64,000 nucleotides of DNA from an uncultured Gemmataceae bacterium (GTDB lineage: Bacteria > Planctomycetota > Planctomycetia > Gemmatales > Gemmataceae): assembly GCA_963750165.1 (NCBI GenBank), contig CAVVPN010000012.1:352001-416000 (forward strand). Direction: 5' to 3'. Below are positions 8,987 to 18,649 of this stretch, piece after piece; position 1 is the stretch's first letter; each line of letters opens with the position of its first letter. The position numbers and the translations under genes were made by a program. A model generated the notes under the pieces. It was not told the origin of the DNA. It searched no databases and saw only the letters and a program-made list of their open reading frames with translations.

Positions 8987-10834
8987 ATGAGCACTGCGAC
9001 CACGACGGAGCCGGTCCTGCGTACGCTGGCGCCGGCGCTGCGCGCGCTGGAGCAGCGGCTGACGCGCTGGCTGAACCGCGACCATCGCTACCCGCTGCCG
9101 GCGGCGGCGCGGGCAGAACTGGACGGCTTCGCCAACGACCTGCGCCGCCAGGCCGAGATGCTGGAGCAGGAAAAACCGCTGCTCGTCATCCTGTTGATGG
9201 GCGGCACCGGCGTCGGCAAATCGACGCTGCTGAACGCCCTGGCCGGCGGCACCATCGCCCAGGCGTCGTTCGCCCGGCCGACCACACGCGACCCGGTCGT
9301 CTACTACCACGAGTCGGTCAAGACGGAGCGCCTCGACCCGGCGCTGAAGCACTGCCGCCTGGCGCAGCACGACCGGCCGGCGCTGGAGCAGAAAATCCTT
9401 GTGGACACGCCGGACCTGGACAGCAACGACCTGAGCAACCGCGAGAAGCTGCACCGCCTGCTGCCGGTCGCGGACATCGTGCTCTACGTCGGCTCGCAGG
9501 AAAAATACCATGACAAGCTCGGCTGGGAGCTGTTCCTGGAGCAACGGCAGCGGCGGGCGTTCGCGTTCGTGCTCAACAAGTGGGACCGCTGCGTTCACGG
9601 CGGCGGCACCGGCCTGCGGCCCGACGAGGACCTGCTGCGCGACCTGCAGAGCGAGGGCTTTCAGAACCCGCTGCTGTTCCGCACCTGCGCCCAGTTCTGG
9701 GTCGATAAGGCCAACGGCGTCGCGGCCAACGGGGCGCTGCCGCAGGGCGAGCAGTACCTGGAACTGGTGAACTGGCTGGAAATGGGCCTGACGCGCCTGG
9801 AGATCGAGGCGATCAAGGCCCGCGGCGTCAGCCAGTTGCTGCAACAACTGCACAAAACACTGGAGGAAGTCTGTCCGCCGGACCTGAGCGAGGCGGCAGA
9901 GAAGACACGCAAGGCATGGTCGGTCCTGCTGGCGGACGAGGCGCTGGGCGACGCCCAGGTGCTGCTGAACACGCTGGAGCCGTACCAGCAGGAGATCGAG
10001 CATCACTTCGCTCAGGAGCGGCGGCAACAGTTCCGCGGCCTGATGGGGGTGTATCTGTCCGGTGTGAACCGGTTGCAGTACGCCACCAGCGCCCTGCGCG
10101 ACCGGCTGCCGTTCCTGCCGCGAGGGACCGACCAGAAGGCGGCGCCGCCGACGTGGGACCTGGCCCAGTTCACGACCAGCTGCAGCACCACCGCGTCGGA
10201 TCGACACCTGGATGCCCGCAACCGCGCCCTGGCGAACCGGTTGCTGCTGGCCGCGGACGAGCAGGGATTTCCGCTGAATTTGCTGAGCGAGCCGACGGAG
10301 CGCCTTGGCAACTCGGACTGGCGGCGGCGGCACGCGGCAGCGCTGGTGGAGGTACTCGGCCAGGTCGAGCAGGAGTGGTCACGGCCGACCGGCTTCCGCC
10401 GCTACCTCAAAAACTCAATCATCCTGCTGGCGGACTACCTGCCCATCACGGTGCTGCTGGCGGCCATCGGCTGGCAGCTGTGGCGCTACTTCGACCCGCT
10501 GGACCACGGCTATCACCTGTCGAAGTTCGAGGTGTGGGATTTGCTGCTGCCGTTCTTGCTGACGTTGATGGTGCTGATTATGCTGCACATCCTGATTGTG
10601 ATTGTGCTGCCGCTGCGCTGGCTGGCGATCCGCGACCAGTTCGAGCGGCAACTCGGCGTGCGCTTGCAGAAAGACCTGGAGGAAGCGTACCTGGCGACGC
10701 CGCTGGAGGTGGCCGCAAGGCTGGCCGCCGAGCGGCGCGACATCGAGGAACTGCTGACGCAGGCGCGCGAGGTGCAGTCGTGGCTGCAACAGCGCGAGCA
10801 GAACGCGAGCATCACGAGCCTGTACGGGAAGTGA
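8987..10834 (+). CDS. Dynamin-like / Era-related P-loop GTPase 2 with two C-terminal TM helices
   Basis: G1 GGTGVGKST, G2 RPTT, G3 DTPD, G4 NKWD; helical stalk; hydrophobic segments near the C-terminus; start at MSTATTT. Confidence 0.8.
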   Translation: MSTATTTEPVLRTLAPALRALEQRLTRWLNRDHRYPLPAAARAELDGFANDLRRQAEMLEQEKPLLVILLMGGTGVGKSTLLNALAGGTIAQASFARPTTRDPVVYYHESVKTERLDPALKHCRLAQHDRPALEQKILVDTPDLDSNDLSNREKLHRLLPVADIVLYVGSQEKYHDKLGWELFLEQRQRRAFAFVLNKWDRCVHGGGTGLRPDEDLLRDLQSEGFQNPLLFRTCAQFWVDKANGVAANGALPQGEQYLELVNWLEMGLTRLEIEAIKARGVSQLLQQLHKTLEEVCPPDLSEAAEKTRKAWSVLLADEALGDAQVLLNTLEPYQQEIEHHFAQERRQQFRGLMGVYLSGVNRLQYATSALRDRLPFLPRGTDQKAAPPTWDLAQFTTSCSTTASDRHLDARNRALANRLLLAADEQGFPLNLLSEPTERLGNSDWRRRHAAALVEVLGQVEQEWSRPTGFRRYLKNSIILLADYLPITVLLAAIGWQLWRYFDPLDHGYHLSKFEVWDLLLPFLLTLMVLIMLHILIVIVLPLRWLAIRDQFERQLGVRLQKDLEEAYLATPLEVAARLAAERRDIEELLTQAREVQSWLQQREQNASITSLYGK

Positions 10835-10850
10835 ATCGGGTATGCCTTTG

Positions 10851-10930
10851 GATTGAGGCGAGCGGCGCGGCGTCAGCCCGCCGGTACTTCAAGTTACCGG
10901 CGGGCTGACGCCGCGCCGCTCGCCTCAATC
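10851..10930. repeat. REP doublet family B (GGCGAGCGGCGCGGCGTCAGCCCGCCGGTA arms)
   Basis: About 35-bp inverted arms; same arms at 39166-39259. Confidence 0.85.
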
Positions 10931-11022
10931 TGCCGAAACCGCTCAAGTTGCTGCTCCCCCGCGGACGATGGAAATACAACCGACGATTCACCAGGAGACG
11001 CTTCTGTGAGGAGGAACCTCTC

Positions 11023-12007
11023 GTGGAACCCCGCCCCGACGCGCCGGGAACGGCCATGTTATCACGGACCAGGGAGGGCCAGACGAGCGAGGGCAATTCG
11101 GCTTACGATGACCAGGGATTTCTGCTCTTGCCCCGGGCCGTACCCGTCGAGTTGATTGACGACCTGTTAGGCAGCGCCCGGAAATTAGTTCGTCGATTGT
11201 TCTGCGAATCTCCTAGTTTTTCTGCGGATTCGCGAGTGGATGACGAAGTTGTTTCCGGGCGCCGCCTTAGGGAAGTATCTGGGGCTGGTCCGTGAGGTCA
11301 CGGGCAGGCCCTTTACCGACCCCAACGGTGCCGACCTGATCGACTTCTACAACCAGAACCGCGTCGCGGAAGCGCAGGTCTACGCTGAAATCCGCCGCTT
11401 GCCCTGGCTGGAAATGTTCTCCCGGTGCGCGGCCGTTGTCGAGCCGGTGCAACGGCTGCTCGGGCCGCGGGCGGGCCTGTTCCGCAAAATCCCCTTTCGC
11501 ATCGACATGCCGTTCTGGACCGAGGAACTGGCCCACTGGCACCAGGATTTCTTCTACGTCAAGGGTAACCCCGAGGTCGTCACCGCCTGGGTGCCCCTGC
11601 AGGACACCACCTTCCTCAACGGCTGTCTCAGCATCATGCCGCGCTCGCACAAGCTCGGCCCCCTCGCGCACACCCTGGCTGTGGGCAAGAAGCGCGTGCC
11701 GCTGGGCATTTTTCATCGCGAAATCCGCCTGGTGGAGATGAAGAAGGGCGACCTGCTGCTGTTCAACGCCCTGCTGCTGCACTCGGGCAACCTGAACCTG
11801 TCGCAGGGCATCCGCTACACGGTGCAGGCGCGGTACACGCGCCTCGGCGCCCCCGCCGACGAGGGCATGGGCGGCGTCATTCCTTTAGCCGGAGGGACCG
11901 GGCATGATCCGCGAGCCGAAGAACCAGTCCGCCAGCGACCTGGCCCAGTTCGAATTGATGGAGCAGGTGTTTCAGGAGTCCGCCGGTTCGGTCGCGGACC
12001 GGATTGA
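11023..12007 (+). CDS. Phytanoyl-CoA dioxygenase (PhyH) family Fe(II)/2OG oxygenase; 5' part out of frame near 11240, 3' end uncertain
   Basis: WHQD, TAWVPLQD, NGCL, GDLLLFNALLLHSG and R motifs in ORF 11240..12007; PhyH-type N-terminus YDDQGFLLL in ORF 10948..11295. Confidence 0.7.
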
Positions 12008-12650
12008 CGGCTTCGCCAAGTTCGCGTCCCGGCAGGCGCTCGCCAAGTTCCTGGCGCGGTACGAGATCTTCAAGAAGGTATTGAGCGTCAACGGCTCGGT
12101 CGTCGAGTGCGGCGTCCTGCACGGGGCCGGGCTGCTGACGTTTGCCAAGCTGTCGTCCATCTTCGAGCCTGCTAACCACGTCCGCAAAATCATCGGTTTC
12201 GACACCTTCGCGGGGTTCCCGTCGGTCAACGCGAAAGATGTGACGGCGGGCACGTCGTCGCACCTGGCCCGGGGCGGCCTGACGGGCTCTCCCCTGGAGG
12301 ATGTGCGACGGGCGGTGCAACTCTACGACGCCAACCGGCCGCTCGCCCACATCCCCAAGGTCGAGCTGGTCCAGGGCGACCTGTGCCGAACCGCCCCCGA
12401 CTATCTGAAGGCGAACCCGCATTTGGTGGTCAGCCTGCTCTACCTCGACGTGGACCTGTACGAGCCGACCAGGGCGGCACTGGAAGTGTTCGTGCCGCGC
12501 ATGCCGCGCGGGGCGGTGATCGCGTTCGACGAACTCAACGCCCGAATGTTCCCGGGGGAAACCCTGGCGGTCGATGAGGTGCTGGGGTTGAAAAACCTGC
12601 GCGTCGAGCGCTTCCCCTTTGATTCGTACGTTTCGTATTGCGTCCTGTGA
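11904..12650 (+). CDS. TylF/NovP-family SAM-dependent O-methyltransferase
   Basis: GSVVECGV..G, GFDTFAGFP, LYLDVDLYEPT, FDE motifs. Confidence 0.85.
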   Translation: MIREPKNQSASDLAQFELMEQVFQESAGSVADRIDGFAKFASRQALAKFLARYEIFKKVLSVNGSVVECGVLHGAGLLTFAKLSSIFEPANHVRKIIGFDTFAGFPSVNAKDVTAGTSSHLARGGLTGSPLEDVRRAVQLYDANRPLAHIPKVELVQGDLCRTAPDYLKANPHLVVSLLYLDVDLYEPTRAALEVFVPRMPRGAVIAFDELNARMFPGETLAVDEVLGLKNLRVERFPFDSYVSYCVL

Positions 12651-12776
12651 CGGGTGGGGCGGGTTGTGCCTCTCGTGAACAGCGCGCACCGAAACCGCTC
12701 AAGTTGCCACTGCCCGCGGCCGATAGAAGATAAGTGATGACTCGCCAGGACGCGCCGCCGTGAGGAGGACCCTCGC

Positions 12777-14576
12777 GTGGAAGCCCCCCCCGAAGCCGCC
12801 CCTCTTCCCATCGCCCCGCCCGAATCCACCGAGCCGCTACAGCCGCCCGAGATCGAGCCCGTCGTGCTGACCTGGCCGGTCGAGGCGACACCGCACCCGC
12901 GTTTCGAGCGGCCCCTGGCCGTGAACGTCCGCCAGGCGCCGCTGCTGACCAGCACGCCGTGGACACGCACCCTCGGCAAGGTCGGCCTCGAAGTTTCCAC
13001 GCAGGGCTGGCGCTTCCCGACGCCGGGCGAGGCACTGACGCCGCCCAAACCGTTCGAGCCACCGGCCGCGCCGAAGCCGCCGCCCGACCCGGCCCCCGAG
13101 GTCGTGCCGCTGTTCGGCCCACCGACGCGCACGCGCGTGCGGCCGCCTGGTGACCTGGCCGTCTTCAAGGACCGCCTGCTCTACTTGCTCCAACCGCCGC
13201 TGGAAGACCTGTTCGGCGGCAAGCAGGTGCAGTTGCCGTTCCAGCCGTATCCGTATCAGGTCAAGGGCATCGCCTTTCTGATGCCGCGGCACGCGGCGCT
13301 GATCGCCGACGAGATGGGCCTGGGCAAGACCGCCCAGGTCATCATTGCGCTGCGGCTGCTGTTCCACAGCGGCCTGATCCGGCGGGCACTGGTGGTGTGC
13401 CCGAAACCGCTGGTGATTAACTGGACGCGCGAGTTGCGGCTGTGGGCGGAGGACGTGCCGTTCGAGGTGGTCGGCGGCGACACGGCAGCGCGCAAGGCGA
13501 CCTGGTTCGTCTCGAAGTGTCCGGTCAAGCTGGTCAATTACGAAATCCTGACGCGCGACGCCGCCTGGCTGCACGACGAACAGGTGCAGTGGGACGTGGC
13601 GGTGCTGGACGAGGCGCAGCGCATCAAGAACCGCGAGTCGAAGACGGCGCAGGTGGTGCGCGGCCTGCACCGCCAGCGCAGCTGGGCGATGACCGGTACG
13701 CCCATCGAGAACCGCACCGAGGATCTCATCAACATCTTTGCATTCGTCGATCCGGGCCGCGTGCCGCCGGAGACGCCGGCGAAACTGCTGCCGCAGCTGA
13801 CCAGCGACTGCATTCTGCGCCGCGTCAAGGAGGACGTGGCCACGGACATGCCGCCCAAGGTGATTCGCGACAGTTACCTGGAGCTGTCGCCCGGCCAGCG
13901 CGCCGCCTATGACCTGGCGGAGAAGGAAGGCGTCATCCACCTGAACGAGCTGGGCGACAGCATCACGGTGCAGCACATCTTCGAGCTGGTGATGCGGCTC
14001 AAGCAGATTTGCAACTTCGACCCACGCACCGGCCAGAGCGCCAAGCTGGAGCAGTTGCAGGCGGAGATGGAGGAGGTGGCCGCCAACGGCCGCAAGGCGA
14101 TTATTTTTTCGCAGTGGGTCGAACCGCTGGAAATGTTGGCGGAGGCGCTCCGCGAGTTTGGGCCGCTGCTGTACCACGGCAAGGTCGCGCACAAGGATCG
14201 GCAGCCGATCCTTGACCAGTTCAAGCGCGACCCGGGCAAGCACGTGATCCTGATGAGCTACGGCACCGGCAGCGTCGGGCTGAACCTGCAGTTCACGAAC
14301 TACGTGTTCCTGTTCGACCGTTGGTGGAACCCGGCGGTCGAGGACCAGGCGATCAACCGGGCGCACCGGCTGGGCCAGAAGGAGACGGTATTCGTGACGC
14401 GCTTCGTGTCGCAGAACACCATCGAGGGCCGCATCGCGGAGGTGCTGGAGCGCAAGCGGCAGCTGTTCCACGAGTTGATCGGCCAGAACGGAGCGCCGCC
14501 GGTGATGGGGCTGACGGAGGATGAAATCTTCGGCCTGTTCGACGTGAAATCGCGCCCGCGCCGCGCCGCCGCATGA
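12777..14576 (+). CDS. SNF2-family (SF2) helicase/translocase
   Basis: ADEMGLGKT, DEAQRIKN, TGTPIEN, GLNLQ, DRWWNPAVEDQAINRAHRLGQ; GAGGAGG RBS before GTG. Confidence 0.92.
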   Translation: MEAPPEAAPLPIAPPESTEPLQPPEIEPVVLTWPVEATPHPRFERPLAVNVRQAPLLTSTPWTRTLGKVGLEVSTQGWRFPTPGEALTPPKPFEPPAAPKPPPDPAPEVVPLFGPPTRTRVRPPGDLAVFKDRLLYLLQPPLEDLFGGKQVQLPFQPYPYQVKGIAFLMPRHAALIADEMGLGKTAQVIIALRLLFHSGLIRRALVVCPKPLVINWTRELRLWAEDVPFEVVGGDTAARKATWFVSKCPVKLVNYEILTRDAAWLHDEQVQWDVAVLDEAQRIKNRESKTAQVVRGLHRQRSWAMTGTPIENRTEDLINIFAFVDPGRVPPETPAKLLPQLTSDCILRRVKEDVATDMPPKVIRDSYLELSPGQRAAYDLAEKEGVIHLNELGDSITVQHIFELVMRLKQICNFDPRTGQSAKLEQLQAEMEEVAANGRKAIIFSQWVEPLEMLAEALREFGPLLYHGKVAHKDRQPILDQFKRDPGKHVILMSYGTGSVGLNLQFTNYVFLFDRWWNPAVEDQAINRAHRLGQKETVFVTRFVSQNTIEGRIAEVLERKRQLFHELIGQNGAPPVMGLTEDEIFGLFDVKSRPRRAAA

Positions 14577-14582
14577 AAGAGG

Positions 14583-14685
14583 ATTTCACCACGGAGTACG
14601 CGGAGCGCGCGGAGAAAAGACCATGAATGCTGAATTAAACATTCTTTGCTTTTTCTCCGCGCGCTCCGCGTGCTCCGTGGTAAAT
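14583..14685. repeat. Palindrome family C (CACCAC-start arms with 9-bp periodicity)
   Basis: CACCACGGAGTACGCGGAGCGCGCGGAGAAAA / TTTTCTCCGCGCGCTCCGCGTGCTCCGTGGT; relatives at 16366 and 48586. Confidence 0.8.
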
Positions 14686-14696
14686 AGTTATTTGAT

Positions 14697-16290
14697 TCAC
14701 GGGCCCTTGCCGGTCAGCGACGCCGGCGGCATCGCCAGCGCCCAGCGCGCCGCGTTGTGCAACAGGATCACGAACTGCTCGTTGCGGTAGTCGTCCTGGT
14801 GGCCCAGCGAGGTGTAGAACACCCGCGACTTGCCGTACTGGTTCGTCCACGCGATCGGCTCCGGCGGCTGACCGGGAATCGTCCCCCTCAGCAGCGGCGT
14901 CGCCGTCTTCATCAGCGGACTCATCTTGTACAGCGAGCCGCGGGCCGTGAACGGCGTCTTGATGCCGGTCAACACTTCGTGCTTCAAGTCGTCGGCCTCC
15001 CGCGTGACCGTCGTCAGCGGCCCGTCCTTGTGGTGACTGCGGTACGTGCCGCCCAGCACTTCCACGTCGAACTTCAGCCACTCCGCGTGGCCCGTCGGCA
15101 CCTTGCCCTTGGCGTCAAACGCATGGCTGGCCGACCGCAGCGCGATCAACGGCTTGCCCGCCGCCAGGTACTTTTTCAGCGCCGCCAGGTCGCCTTCCGG
15201 CAGCGCCCTGCGCCGCACCCCCACCACCACCAGGTCCGCCGAGCCCAGCGCCTTGGCCAGACCGGGGATGACGTTGTCCTTGCCGTGCAGCACCGTCACG
15301 TCCAGGCCGAGCTGGTCCGCGAACAGGCGCCTGGCCAGCGGCGGCATCACCGTCTTCGTGTCGTATTCCGCGTCCGAAATGGCGATGACCACGCGCGGCC
15401 GCACGTCGGCCTTGTAGCGGAACGGCTGGCCGCCGAGCAACTGGTCGGACGTGATCGTCGGGCAGACGAACTTTTCGATGTGCTGCACGATCAGGTTGGT
15501 GCCCTGGAAGTGCGAGACGTAGGGCCATTTTTTCGGATTGTACATCGTGTCGGTCAGGTCGCGCACCAGCACCACGTCGCGGCCGTTTTTCGCCAGCTGC
15601 CGCAGGCCGAACGGCCGGCCGAGCACGCACATGTTCGTGTGGACGCCGACGAGCATCACGTGCTTGATGCCGCGCTGCTCCAGCAGGTTCCAGATTTCCA
15701 CGCCGGAATCGCTGATGGCGTCCTCGTCGTCGATCTTGAGCACGTCGATCTGCGCCAGCCACGGCGCGGCCGGGTTGCGGCCCTGGGCCTTCAGCTTCGC
15801 CTCCCACTTCTGTTGCAGCGCCGGTTCGGTGTCGCAACTGTCGCTCTGATCGAGCGGATAGACGCCCTTCTCCTCTGCCGGAATCTTGTAGCACCAGGTG
15901 CCGATGTCCTTCGGCAGGTTGGCGGCTTTCGGCGCCTCCTGAGCGCGCTTGCGCCGGGTGGTTGGCGTAGGGCTTCATGCAACTGCTCGGCGCGTGGATG
16001 ATGAGGGCGCCGCTGGCCCGCGCTTTCGTGAGGAACTCGTTCATGCGCGGCGCCAGTTCCTTCTCGCGGATGACGGCGTTCAGGCAGTGGTGCGAGTCCC
16101 ACATGTCGCAGACGATGACGGCGGTCTTGTGCAGGTCCCAGGTGGCGGCCTTCAGGTTGACCTGAAACTGTCCGTCGGGCGCAGCGACTCGGCTGCGCAA
16201 CTTCAGGTCCACCTCATGGCCATCGGCGGCGGGTACGGCGGCCCCCCAGGCGGCGAGGCACAACAGCAGCAGGCCAGGTCGTCTCAGCAT
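14697..16290 (-). CDS. Exported isochorismatase-family + ThuA-like domain protein, frameshift near 15950
   Basis: Signal peptide, VCDMWDSH, GVHTNMCV (catalytic Cys), C-terminal RVFYTSLGH ThuA motif; split over ORFs 15115..16359 and 14697..15743. Confidence 0.8.
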
Positions 16291-16365
16291 GGTTCGTCTC
16301 CGCGGTAGCTTCGGAAAGGCGGGCGGCTCTGCTACCGTTGTAGACCAAACCGCGGACACATGGAA

Positions 16366-16473
16366 GAGGATTCACCACAAGACACAAAGGGCACAAAGAA
16401 AGACGGGAGGAGGAGGGAATTATTACTCCTCCCGTCTTTCTTTGTGCCCTTTGTGTCTTTGTGGTGAATCCTC
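16366..16473. repeat. Palindrome family C
   Basis: GAGGATTCACCACAAGACACAAAGGGCACAAAGAAAGACGGGAGGAG arm and its near-perfect reverse complement. Confidence 0.85.
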
Positions 16474-16481
16474 GTCGCGGC

Positions 16482-17744
16482 TCAGAACGTGAATTCCACG
16501 CCGAAGTTGAGGCTTTGAATCCACACGTCGGAGCGGATGAAGTTGAAGGCGGGATTGTTCGGGCCGGTCAGGTTGGCGCTGGCAGGCGGCAGCAGGCCGG
16601 GGTTCACGTTGGTGTCGATCTGGTCGCTGGCCCGGCCCACACGGTCCAGGAACAGCACGGTGTAGCCGACCCGCAGGTTCAGGTAGGGCGCCACTCGCCA
16701 GGCCAGGTTCAGGCCGAGTTCCGGCATCGCCGCCCAGTCGCCGTTGGGGTGCGAGCCGACGTTGCTCGCCAGCGCCAGCAGGCCGCCGGTGGCGGTCGTG
16801 GGTGCGAAGCCCGGCACCGAAGTCGTCGTGCTGCCGGCAATGTTCTCAAGGCGCTGCACCCGGCCGACGGCCACCCGCGTCAGCACCGTCAGCGACAGCT
16901 GTTCCCACGAGAACCGCGCCCGCAGCCCCATATCGAGGCCGTTGAACTCGTTCCGGGCGGAAAAGTTGTCGGCCGAACTGATCTGCGTGCCGGGGATGAA
17001 CGCCGCGCTCGTCGGCGCCATCACCTGATTGACGCGCAGGTTCTCGTCGTAGCGGTAGTAGCGGTAACCCAGCAGCGACACCAACTGGAACGAGCCGGTG
17101 TCCACCACCTTCTCGGTCACATCGAAGTTGAACGTGTAGAAGTTGCCGGAACTGGCCTGGGCCGCAACGGAGCCGTTGGACAGTCCGGGGTAAGCGATCA
17201 ACTGGGCCTGCGGCAAACCAGTGGTGGCGTCGGTGAACGGCCGGGCCAGGATGCCGTTGCCGCCGGAAGTCGCGTTGAACAGCGTGGACTGGCTCTCCAG
17301 CATCATGAAGCCGGCCTCGACGCCCACCACCTGCTGCGACCCCAGCCAGGCGCCCGCGCCAATGCGGAAGCCGGAGCGAATGTTGTCGTTCACGGTGCCG
17401 CCGAACAGCACCTGCGTGCCCTGCTGCCCCAGAACGCCGGCGGCCGTCTGCGCCGTGCCGGGCGGGCTGCCCGTGATGAGTGCCGGCACGTTGTCACCGC
17501 GCATCCAGGCGACCAGGTAGTCGGCGCTCACCCAGCAGCGCGGCCCTGCCGGCGGGGCATCGAAGCAGCAGACCGCCAGCGACGGCACCGACCCATCGGT
17601 CACGGCCGCCGGCGGTTGGGTCAGGGGTTGGTTCAACGGCTGGGCTGGCGGTTGGGCCGACGGCGGGCCCGTGGGTGTCTGGGCGAAGGCCTGCCCTCCG
17701 AACGCCAACGCCGCACACAGGGCCACCGTCAATCGCGTCGTCAT
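16482..17744 (-). CDS. BBP7-family (planctomycete) outer-membrane beta-barrel protein
   Basis: Signal peptide, WVSADYLVAW, ILARPF, GYRY, alternating beta-strands, terminal GVEFTF. Confidence 0.8.
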   Translation of the reverse strand: MTTRLTVALCAALAFGGQAFAQTPTGPPSAQPPAQPLNQPLTQPPAAVTDGSVPSLAVCCFDAPPAGPRCWVSADYLVAWMRGDNVPALITGSPPGTAQTAAGVLGQQGTQVLFGGTVNDNIRSGFRIGAGAWLGSQQVVGVEAGFMMLESQSTLFNATSGGNGILARPFTDATTGLPQAQLIAYPGLSNGSVAAQASSGNFYTFNFDVTEKVVDTGSFQLVSLLGYRYYRYDENLRVNQVMAPTSAAFIPGTQISSADNFSARNEFNGLDMGLRARFSWEQLSLTVLTRVAVGRVQRLENIAGSTTTSVPGFAPTTATGGLLALASNVGSHPNGDWAAMPELGLNLAWRVAPYLNLRVGYTVLFLDRVGRASDQIDTNVNPGLLPPASANLTGPNNPAFNFIRSDVWIQSLNFGVEFTF

Positions 17745-17989
17745 GGCTCCGTCCCCATCAGAACACGTGCAGGTTCACCGGCTCGCCGCGCCACCGCAAG
17801 CGGCCCCGAGCCGGGGCGTGGACGTGGTGCGTTTCCACTCTCAGAAGCATCATCGACGAGCCGGCGGGCCGGACTTGCCTTTTTTGCGGCAGAAGCCGAT
17901 TGTGCGGGCGCTTGACCCGGCTTGCGCCGGTTGCCCCGGGTTTGGGCGGAGCCGGGAACTGAGGTGACGTGGGTTTCCGGGCAACCGAC

Positions 17990-18032
17990 AAAAAAGCGGC
18001 GTTGCGCCGAAGTGCTTCGGCGCAACGCCGCT
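17990..18032 (-). terminator. Rho-independent terminator downstream of the PPIase locus
   Basis: 18-bp GC-rich stem AGCGGCGTTGCGCCGAAG / CTTCGGCGCAACGCCGCT followed by a T run on the minus strand. Confidence 0.75.
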
Positions 18033-18059
18033 CCAGAGGTTTTGCCTCCCACCTTCGGG

Positions 18060-18649
18060 TCAGGAGACGACGGCGTTGGTGTTGGAGGCGGTGCCGTTCG
18101 TGGTGCCGTCGTTGGGCGTGACCGTCACCGTGATGGTGCTGCCGGTGTTCACGCCGCTGAGCGAGGACAGGTCCAGCGTGTCGGTCGTGCTGGAACTCAG
18201 GTTGGTCGTCTTGACGGTGCTGCCGTTGAGCGCCCAGACGTAGGTCAGTTTCACCGGATCGCCGTCGGGGTCGGAATCGGTCACGGTCGCCGTCAGCGTG
18301 TCGGTGGCGCTCGGCGATGCGGGCGTGAGCACCAGGCTGTTGATCACCGGCGGGGCGTTGACCACCGTGGCCGTGGCCGTGGCGGCGGCGCCATTGACCG
18401 TGCCATCGTTGGGCGTCACCACGACCGTGATCGTCTGGCCCTTGTCGCCGTGGCCGGGCTTGCTCAGGTCGAAGCTGTCCGTCGTGGCCGACGTCGGCTG
18501 CGGCGTGTCTGCACCACCGTGCCGTTGACCACCCAGACGTAGGTCAGCTAGACCGGGTTACCGTTGGGGTCGCTGGCCGCCGCCGTGGTCATCAGCGTGT
18601 CGTTGGTCTGCGGCGCGGTGTTGTTGAGGGCGACGCCGACCGTCGGCAT
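18060..18649 (-). pseudogene. Decayed duplicate of the two Ig/cadherin-like repeats of the upstream PPIase gene
   Basis: 18067-18474 nearly identical to 19344-19751; in-frame TAG at 18548-18550 where the intact copy has CAG; frameshift near 18505. Confidence 0.75.

Noticed and set aside
12777..14576. SNF2 helicase as part of an anti-phage system
   Set aside because: No neighbouring nuclease, DNA methyltransferase or other defence gene; the adjacent methyltransferase is a TylF small-molecule type
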